Positions 57,346 to 64,000 of a DNA stretch of 64,000 nucleotides are shown here, one piece after another. Position 1 is the stretch's first letter, and each line of letters begins with the position of its first letter. The position numbers and the translations under genes were made by a program. The notes below the pieces were generated by a model. It was not told the DNA's origin. It did not search any database and saw nothing but the letters and a program-made list of their open reading frames with translations. Source of the stretch: a virus (lineage: Duplodnaviria > Heunggongvirae > Uroviricota > Caudoviricetes > Herelleviridae); the IMG/VR virus record IMGVR_UViG_2974580128_000001, one strand, 5' to 3'.

Positions 57346-58015
57346 TTACAGTGCTGTTGGAAAACGTAGTAAAAATAAAGGTGCCCGGTTTGAACTAGAA
57401 ACAGCTAAAAATTTATCTAAGTGGTGGGGACATGACTTTCACCGTGTCCCTGCTTCTGGTGGCTTACATTGGAAAGGGAGTAACAATGTTGTTGGAGATA
57501 TTGTAGCTCCTATAGAGGCAGGATTTCCTTTTGTTGTTGAATGTAAAAACCGTGAAGAATGGACTATAGAGAACTTATTCCTCAATAATAAAGAAATAAA
57601 AAATTGGTGGGCACAGGTTGTTGGTGATGCTAAAGAATCTGGTAAGATTCCTATGCTTATCTTTACCCGTAATCGTGCTAAAACTTTTGTGATGATGGCT
57701 TACAATGAAGACCTCATCAAAGAAATTGAAGACCGTGGTTACCCTCTTATGGTCTCTAATGTAGAATATGTAGACGGGTATAAAGATACCCATTGTTATA
57801 AAACATTTACTACTGTGTTAGAAGCTATTACAAGCTTTAAACCTCGTAAGAGCCAAGGGGAAGAACATCTACTTCATTATTTTAACCCAAAAGAGTATGA
57901 TTGGCAAAAATCTGGTCTTATCAGAGAAACAAAAAAAATGGAAGAAGCAAAACAACTTGATGTTGAGGAGTCTTTGGACTTACTTGTTAATTCCTATTTA
58001 GAAGGAGAAAAATAA
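57338..58015 (+). CDS. Holliday junction resolvase (PD-(D/E)XK)
   Basis: SKNKGARFE, RVPASGG, GDIV, VECKNRE; ATG 57338. Confidence 0.88.
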   Translation: MTDYSAVGKRSKNKGARFELETAKNLSKWWGHDFHRVPASGGLHWKGSNNVVGDIVAPIEAGFPFVVECKNREEWTIENLFLNNKEIKNWWAQVVGDAKESGKIPMLIFTRNRAKTFVMMAYNEDLIKEIEDRGYPLMVSNVEYVDGYKDTHCYKTFTTVLEAITSFKPRKSQGEEHLLHYFNPKEYDWQKSGLIRETKKMEEAKQLDVEESLDLLVNSYLEGEK

Positions 58016-58380
58016 TGGCAGAAATAAACTTTCCAGAAGCGATTAAAACCTACTATTCTTACTTACGTGTTCCTGATTTAAAAGAACAAGTATCTAGTAT
58101 CTCTATTGATTTTGTAGAGAACTGGACAGGTCAAGAAGAACGGTATGTACTTGATACACTCACTTCTGAAATTAAGCCTCGTTTATACAGCTTAGAAACA
58201 GCGTATATCATTGAGGACTTTTCACTACCGGAAAAAGAAGCTGACGTAAACGTAGATGAATTGAGCAAAGAAGTAGCAGAGTTCTTTAAAAAAGCATCTA
58301 CAGACTTAAAAGAAGCAATTGAGGCATCTAATGACAATCAACCAAGTCATTCAGAAGATACTGAACCGATTAACGATTGA
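58015..58380 (+). CDS. Hypothetical acidic protein
   Basis: TAATG overlap; RBS AAGGAG. Confidence 0.75.
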   Translation: MAEINFPEAIKTYYSYLRVPDLKEQVSSISIDFVENWTGQEERYVLDTLTSEIKPRLYSLETAYIIEDFSLPEKEADVNVDELSKEVAEFFKKASTDLKEAIEASNDNQPSHSEDTEPIND

Positions 58381-58540
58381 CCAATTAGAAGTCACTCCTG
58401 CGATGGTAGATATTGTTCTCGAATATCTACCCGCAGGATTGCTTTTAACAGCCAATAACGAGGGTTGGGATGCGGTAGAGCCTGACCTGCAAGAAGTGGT
58501 TATTTCCAATTTGGAAAAAATGAGAGGAGCATCTAAATGA
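58331..58540 (+). CDS. Hypothetical protein
   Basis: GAGG before ATG 58331. Confidence 0.65.
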   Translation: MTINQVIQKILNRLTIDQLEVTPAMVDIVLEYLPAGLLLTANNEGWDAVEPDLQEVVISNLEKMRGASK

Positions 58541-58959
58541 TTGAATTAAGCAATGTAAATCACCCAAAACACTATACACAGGGAGGTACAGAAGTAATTG
58601 ACGTTATTGAATATTTAACTTCTAAGTACCCCCCATCAATTCGCTACTCATTAGGTAACGTGATTAAATATGTTTGTCGTGCACCGTACAAAGGAAAAGA
58701 GGAAGAAGACTTAAATAAGGGTCATTGGTATTTGAATCGAAGCCAAGAAGACATTACTGCAAGCGTAAGTAAAACTACGTGTTCTATTCCTACTTTTGAC
58801 ATGGAAGCTTTCATCCAAGATACTGCAAAAGGCTATCGTGAAGAACAGCAATCATTCTTTAAATCCATTATGTACATGTTGGACGATACAGAAGGCACTC
58901 CTGTGTTCCGAATATTAAAACTTGTTGAGCGTGACCTTAAGGCTCTTAAAATTGCATAG
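58537..58959 (+). CDS. DUF3310-domain protein
   Basis: VNHPKHY..GGTEVID..GNVIKY..R..KG..EDL.K..WYL. Confidence 0.88.
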   Translation: MIELSNVNHPKHYTQGGTEVIDVIEYLTSKYPPSIRYSLGNVIKYVCRAPYKGKEEEDLNKGHWYLNRSQEDITASVSKTTCSIPTFDMEAFIQDTAKGYREEQQSFFKSIMYMLDDTEGTPVFRILKLVERDLKALKIA

Positions 58960-59018
58960 TTACTACTAGGTAGTACAGAGTTTTACTCCTTTTGCTTGTA
59001 AGGCGTTCCTGTCAGTTA

Positions 59019-59028
59019 TGTTATAATA
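59019..59028 (+). promoter_or_regulatory. Extended -10 TGTTATAATA
   Basis: Intergenic, ~40 nt before ATG 59065. Confidence 0.6.
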
Positions 59029-59064
59029 GAGATAGGAAAACTAAACAGCAAAAGGAGTTTAATT

Positions 59065-59859
59065 ATGAGTAGCACACCTCGAGTAAAGCGGTTAAATATC
59101 TATAATACCGACCGACACTTTAATATAAACTTAATGAAACGTGAAGACATTGCAAGTAAAATTAAAGTGAATCGGTTAAATGAAAAAGAAATTGAGAAAG
59201 AGATGGATGAATTAAGCGAAGTATCGGTTGTCACACCAGTTTGGACAATGAACATGAAGAATGAAAAGTCCTATCTCTTATATCAAGAAAAATATACAAA
59301 TGATACATTGATACAGAAATTATTTAAACATGCAGGTTCTGTTTCTTACTATACAGATACAATTGTACCTTACTATGTTATTGAACAGATTGCTAAAAAT
59401 CTAACAAGTGAAGTAATTTATCCAACAAAACCTAAATATGAAAATAGAGAGATTGAAAATATTCAGCTAGCATTTACGGCTTGTCCTGTAACCATTGATT
59501 GTCCAGTAGTTATTCCAGATGTTAGTCCTTATGACGTTTTATTTGCTTTACACCCCTTAAAAACAAGTGTAGACAAAGTACAAATTTCATTTCCGTGGCT
59601 GTCAGAATCAGAAATATCTGACAGACATAGACGTTATTATCATAAGGTTGGAGACCATTATGAGGTTAAAGCAAAATATAAATATCAATTCTTTAAATAT
59701 GTCCAGACCTCACTATCCATCTGGGCTATGAACATTTGGATTGTTTGTGATAGTGATGAGGATTTTGCCAATGTCGATTACTATGTACAAAAAGAAAAAA
59801 ATAAAAGAAACGTCAATAGAGAACGTGCTCTCCAACGAAAGGAGAAGTCTGATGAGTAA
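59065..59859 (+). CDS. Conserved hypothetical protein preceding the HU-like gene
   Basis: RBS AAAGGAG; synteny. Confidence 0.8.
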   Translation: MSSTPRVKRLNIYNTDRHFNINLMKREDIASKIKVNRLNEKEIEKEMDELSEVSVVTPVWTMNMKNEKSYLLYQEKYTNDTLIQKLFKHAGSVSYYTDTIVPYYVIEQIAKNLTSEVIYPTKPKYENREIENIQLAFTACPVTIDCPVVIPDVSPYDVLFALHPLKTSVDKVQISFPWLSESEISDRHRRYYHKVGDHYEVKAKYKYQFFKYVQTSLSIWAMNIWIVCDSDEDFANVDYYVQKEKNKRNVNRERALQRKEKSDE

Positions 59860-60163
59860 AGATAAAACAATGAACCGGACTGATGTTGCACGTGCCATCT
59901 CTCAATATACAGGTTATCGTATGAAAGACGTGTTAGCTATCTTACAAATGGAAGATGAGGTTATCACACAAGCAATCTCACAAGGAATATCAATTAAAAA
60001 CCATAAATTATGGAAATTGAATATTAAGAAAAAACCTGAGAAGGTCGCATGGGATGGCATTTCTAAGAAGACGTTTATTCAACCAGAAAAATATGTAGTT
60101 AAGTTTGTGCCACTTTCTAGGTTAAAAGAAGCTATAGATACTTACAACGAAGAGAATGACTAA
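59852..60163 (+). CDS. HU/IHF-like DNA-binding protein
   Basis: MNRTDVARAISQYTG..KDV, then arm-like KPEKVAWDG..K and VKFVPL; ATG 59852 after AAGGAG. Confidence 0.85.
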   Translation: MSKDKTMNRTDVARAISQYTGYRMKDVLAILQMEDEVITQAISQGISIKNHKLWKLNIKKKPEKVAWDGISKKTFIQPEKYVVKFVPLSRLKEAIDTYNEEND

Positions 60164-60180
60164 TCATTCTCTTTTTTTTG
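60149..60180 (+). terminator. Intrinsic terminator
   Basis: AAGAGAATGA-CTAA-TCATTCTCTT-TTTTTT. Confidence 0.85.
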
Positions 60181-60183
60181 TCC

Positions 60184-60211
60184 TTGACATACCTTACAAA
60201 AATGCTATACT
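60184..60211 (+). promoter_or_regulatory. Sigma-A promoter TTGACA-N16-TATACT with extended TG (polymerase)
   Basis: TTGACA 60184-89, TGCTATACT 60203-11. Confidence 0.85.
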
Positions 60212-60244
60212 GAAATAGTAGAATTACAGAAGGGGGAAGAGAGC

Positions 60245-63200
60245 TTGAAAATACTGTTCTTACAAGATTATATCAGAGAGACCCATGTACATAACAGTCA
60301 GAATGGACAATATGTAGACTATAAACGTACTGACATGGGTAAAAAGCTTACAAGTTTACTTAACGACATAGGTCTAACAGGTCGTGATTACATGATTGAC
60401 TACGACTATGACCTAATTCCTGAACCACAGAAGGTAAATACTAAAACAGGTAAAGTTATTAAATACAAGGAGCCTGTATTAAAACTCCGGAAAGAACCTG
60501 AAAAACGTCTATTAAAACGATTAATGAAAACAAAACCAGACATCATTATTCCTATGGGAGGAATGGGATGTAAGAACTTATTGAATAGTACTTCTATTAC
60601 GAAAGCACGTGGTGTTCCTGTACAAAAAACAATCACTGATGAAGAAACAGGGGAGTTTTTTGATACATGGATTCTACCAATGTTTAGCATGGAATACCTG
60701 TCAATGAATCCTAATATTGAGAACTTGGTAAAAGCAGACATTTCTACTTTATCTCGTTTTATTGCAGAGGGTGCACAAGCATTCGAGCCAAAGAAAGTCG
60801 AATATGAGCTTGTTATGACAATTGAACGAGTGAAACAAATCTTTGAGTTCTTGTCTCGGTTTAAACCTCTTACTGCATGGGACTTGGAAACAAACAGTCT
60901 ACGTGGAGATGTATTGGGTGCGAAACCACTAGTTATGTCTCTTAGTTGGGAAGAGGGACAAGGTGTTACGATTCCACTAGAACATCATGAATCCCCTTGG
61001 AATGAAGAAGAACTAGCTATTGTATACAATCATTTACAAGCTTTTGTAGCTGATGCACAGCAACCAAAGGTAGGACACAATATCCAGTTTGATATTCGTT
61101 TCTTAATGAACACAAAAGGGTTTGCTTATTTTGAGAATAACCGTGATACATTGATTGGGTACTACTTAATCGTAGCACAGAAAATTGAATCTTCTAAACG
61201 TTTGTCAGACCTTGCTTATGAACTAACTGATATGGGCGGTTATGACAACCCGTTAGAAGACTATAAGAAGAAATACAAGGAAGACTACATTGCTCGTAAG
61301 AAAGCTGAAATTGATGAGTTAAAAGCTTCTGAGAAAGCACGTGTAGATAAGGAATACAAACTAGCACAGGCTAAATACAAAGAAGAAGTGGCAAAAGCTA
61401 AGAAACTAGGTAAGTCTACTAAATCAATTTTGAAACCTGTAAAAGAAAAAGTAGCTGTTCCTTCTAAGACAGAAGTTAAAACTGTGAATGAAATTGATGG
61501 TGGGGACTTTAACTATGATTGGATTCCATTAGAAATTATGCACCCATACGCAAGTGGAGATACAGATTGTTGCTTACGTATTTATAACGTACTATACCAA
61601 CGAATTGCTCCTCATGAAAAGATTCTAGCTCTTTGGACAGACTTCTATCCTAAACTTACACGGACACTTGCTCATCTAGAAGCAGAAGGTATCTTCGTTG
61701 ATAAAGAATATGCGAAAGTTCTTGAAAAGGTATATGCAGAAGAGGAAGAACGTCTTATTGAAGAACTACGTAAGTTCCCTGCTGTTAAAGAGTTAGAAGC
61801 AGAGCACATGGCACTCTATAAAGCAGGTCTAGAAGAATGGAAGAAACCCAAGTCAGAACGAGACGAAGAGGTTGCTAAACTTCGTGATAAATATAAGATT
61901 TCTGATAAGGAAAACAAAGTTAAGTTCAATCCCGGCTCTGCTGTCCATAAAGGAAAAGTTCTTTATAAGATTCTTGGTCTAACATTACCTTATGACAAAG
62001 AGTCCATTAAAGAAAAACCTTTTGATAATGGTGTTCCTGAAAATGAACTAACTTGGGAAGACTACAAGACAGATAAACATGCTTTGGGCTATATCGCAGA
62101 GCACAATGAAGATGCAAAAGAATTAGCAGAAATGCTACTGGAATACTCTAAAGTAAACACCTTGAAGAACAACTTTGCTCAGAAACTTCCGTTACTAGCT
62201 TCAAACAAGGATGGAAAAGTACATGGTTCGTTCAAGATTACTGGTACAGAAACAAGCCGTTTATCTTCTAAAGAACCTAATATGCAACAAGTACCATCTA
62301 AAGTTGGAGACCCTAAACGTTTTGACTATACGTACCCAATTAAGCGTATGTTTAAAACAAGCTTTGAAAACGGAGCTTTATTACAGCTCGACTACTCAGC
62401 CCTAGAAATGCGTATTCTAGCTTTAGTAGCCGGAGACGAAGCGATGACTCAAGCTTTCTTAGATGGAGAGGACTTACACAAATCAACCGCTTCTATTGTT
62501 TGGAAAGTACCTGTATCAGAAGTATCTAAGGATATGCGTAAGAATGCTAAAAGTGTTAACTTTGGTATTGCTTATGGGGAAACACCTTTCTCTATTGCTC
62601 CTAAATTAGGTGTAACACCAGAAGAAGCTGAACGTATCTTTGAAGACTACTTTGCAAACAAACCACGTATTAAATCCTTTATTGATGAAACACATGAGTT
62701 TGTTAAAGAAAACGGATATGTAGATACCTTACAAGGACACCGTAGACTGATTCGTGATGCGTTCTCTAAAGACCGTAACACATTCAATGGTGCTTTACGT
62801 AAGTCAGTAAATACGATTATTCAAGGAACTGGTGCATACTTAACAAACATGTCTCTGGTGTATATTGACGATTATCTAAGAACTAAAGGTATGCAGTCTC
62901 GTATTGCTATTACAGTACATGACTCCATTGTAATTGATTGTCCTCGTGAAGAAGTAGACGAAGTAGCAAAAGTAGCTTGTTTTATCATGGAAAACCTACC
63001 GATTGATTTCTTAACAATTAATTGGAAAGGGGAACAAATGCGATTTCCTATTGTAGCCGATGTAGAAATCGGGGAAAACTACAATGACATGGTAGACTAT
63101 GATGCAGACGAAGTGAACAAATTTGCTTCTTATAAAGGATATGTTAAGTATTACAAAGACCAAGCTAAATTTGAAGACTATAAGAACGCAGGTATGATTA

Positions 63201-63271
63201 GTGAGGAACAAATGGAAGTCGGTATTAATGCAGTTAAGGCTTCTATAGAACAGTACAAACTAATTGTGTAA
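60245..63271 (+). CDS. Family A DNA polymerase with N-terminal UDG-like domain and 3'-5' exonuclease; uninterrupted
   Basis: DLET, HNIQFD, YASGD exo motifs; DYSALEMR, KSVNFGIAYG, VHDS polymerase motifs. Confidence 0.96.
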   Translation: MKILFLQDYIRETHVHNSQNGQYVDYKRTDMGKKLTSLLNDIGLTGRDYMIDYDYDLIPEPQKVNTKTGKVIKYKEPVLKLRKEPEKRLLKRLMKTKPDIIIPMGGMGCKNLLNSTSITKARGVPVQKTITDEETGEFFDTWILPMFSMEYLSMNPNIENLVKADISTLSRFIAEGAQAFEPKKVEYELVMTIERVKQIFEFLSRFKPLTAWDLETNSLRGDVLGAKPLVMSLSWEEGQGVTIPLEHHESPWNEEELAIVYNHLQAFVADAQQPKVGHNIQFDIRFLMNTKGFAYFENNRDTLIGYYLIVAQKIESSKRLSDLAYELTDMGGYDNPLEDYKKKYKEDYIARKKAEIDELKASEKARVDKEYKLAQAKYKEEVAKAKKLGKSTKSILKPVKEKVAVPSKTEVKTVNEIDGGDFNYDWIPLEIMHPYASGDTDCCLRIYNVLYQRIAPHEKILALWTDFYPKLTRTLAHLEAEGIFVDKEYAKVLEKVYAEEEERLIEELRKFPAVKELEAEHMALYKAGLEEWKKPKSERDEEVAKLRDKYKISDKENKVKFNPGSAVHKGKVLYKILGLTLPYDKESIKEKPFDNGVPENELTWEDYKTDKHALGYIAEHNEDAKELAEMLLEYSKVNTLKNNFAQKLPLLASNKDGKVHGSFKITGTETSRLSSKEPNMQQVPSKVGDPKRFDYTYPIKRMFKTSFENGALLQLDYSALEMRILALVAGDEAMTQAFLDGEDLHKSTASIVWKVPVSEVSKDMRKNAKSVNFGIAYGETPFSIAPKLGVTPEEAERIFEDYFANKPRIKSFIDETHEFVKENGYVDTLQGHRRLIRDAFSKDRNTFNGALRKSVNTIIQGTGAYLTNMSLVYIDDYLRTKGMQSRIAITVHDSIVIDCPREEVDEVAKVACFIMENLPIDFLTINWKGEQMRFPIVADVEIGENYNDMVDYDADEVNKFASYKGYVKYYKDQAKFEDYKNAGMISEEQMEVGINAVKASIEQYKLIV

Positions 63272-63328
63272 GTCTTACAAGTTTATTTAAAAAAGTTACA
63301 AAATGATGTTGCCCTAACTTGTAATGTG

Positions 63329-63338
63329 TGCTATAATA
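63329..63338 (+). promoter_or_regulatory. Extended -10 TGCTATAATA
   Basis: Intergenic after the polymerase. Confidence 0.6.
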
Positions 63339-63393
63339 ATAGAGCAGACAGGTTAGGGAATGTCTGTAATACCGGAAAGGAGAATAAGACAGT

Positions 63394-63924
63394 GTGCTAG
63401 ACTTACGAGTGAACGACCTTGAATTTCGTAAGATACGAGTTACCGATGAGAACGGTGAAACAATTGTGTTTGACCTTACAGAGGAACTACAGGTAAACGA
63501 GTTTAGTGTACGCCAAGCGTTCTTAGAACAACCGGCTAAATACACGTATTGGACTTCTTTACTTGAACGCTTACGAATGTACCAAGAAAACTATGAGTTA
63601 CAAGCTGAGAAGCGTAAAGCAGAACTGTATGAGCCTTCTAGAAAGTCTTTGATTGAGCAAGGGGTAACTAAGCCAACAAAAGACCAAATAGAAGCACAGA
63701 TTATGCTTGACGAACAGTACTATGCTCTGAGACAGAACATAATCAGTTTAACATTTAATGTTAGACAAGTGCAATATGTAGTAAAAGCCTTTGAACAAAG
63801 GAAAGACATGTTGATTCAGTATGGTGCAGACTTACGGAGGGATTTCGAGTATAGCCAGAAAGTGTCTATGCCAGACCCGCTAAAAGGTCAAAGGACAAGT
63901 TATAACAATCCATATAACACATAA
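63394..63924 (+). CDS. Conserved coiled-coil protein, possibly UvsY-like recombination mediator
   Basis: Helical; follows the polymerase as in Twort-like phages; function call weak. Confidence 0.65.
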   Translation: MLDLRVNDLEFRKIRVTDENGETIVFDLTEELQVNEFSVRQAFLEQPAKYTYWTSLLERLRMYQENYELQAEKRKAELYEPSRKSLIEQGVTKPTKDQIEAQIMLDEQYYALRQNIISLTFNVRQVQYVVKAFEQRKDMLIQYGADLRRDFEYSQKVSMPDPLKGQRTSYNNPYNT

Positions 63925-64000
63925 CCTTAGAACCTAGTTGAACAACACATAATTCGAGAAACCAAAATAAAAAACAAAAGAATGGAGAAATTAACGTGAA

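Noticed and set aside
44892-63271. Group I introns or inteins in the helicases and polymerase, common in Twort-like phages
   Set aside because: ORFs are continuous with all motifs in order and no intein splice signatures
1-64000. CRISPR array, mini-array or tRNA genes
   Set aside because: No regularly spaced repeats outside coding sequence and no cloverleaf or T-loop signature seen by eye; tRNAscan/CRISPR finders were not run

Overview
64 kb, all-plus-strand segment of a lytic Enterococcus myovirus of the Herelleviridae (Twort/SPO1/A511-like; Brockvirinae, most like Schiekvirus such as EfV12-phi1/EFDG1, judged from a PlyV12-type lysin and the capsid sequence). Gene order: cell-wall enzyme cassette (Amidase_2 endolysin with an unusual two-repeat C-terminus, secreted LysM/Apf-like protein, PlyV12-like lysin); portal, protease, scaffold, capsid; neck, sheath, tube; tail chaperones (+1 frameshift), tape measure, hub lysin, giant modular spike/fibre, baseplate; a free-standing HNH cassette; an AT-rich palindrome (candidate origin); then helicase, Rep-like HTH protein, DnaB, SbcD/SbcC, primase, dUTPase, resolvase, HU-like protein and DNA polymerase. 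No tRNA, CRISPR array, intron or intein seen. The most interesting signals are non-coding: (1) perfect WalR/VicR-type boxes (TGTWAH-N5-TGTWAH) before the host-like LysM gene and the HNH gene; (2) a GACATAC(A)CTTACA / TGTAAG motif shared by replication-gene promoters; (3) an ORF-less promoter-terminator unit (candidate ~85-nt sRNA) after the tail tube gene; (4) promoters embedded in hairpins, one of which sequesters the HNH RBS; (5) a hidden -1 frame that adds a transmembrane tail to a 48-aa tail-module protein. All calls come from reading the sequence and recalling known families; no searches or folding were run.
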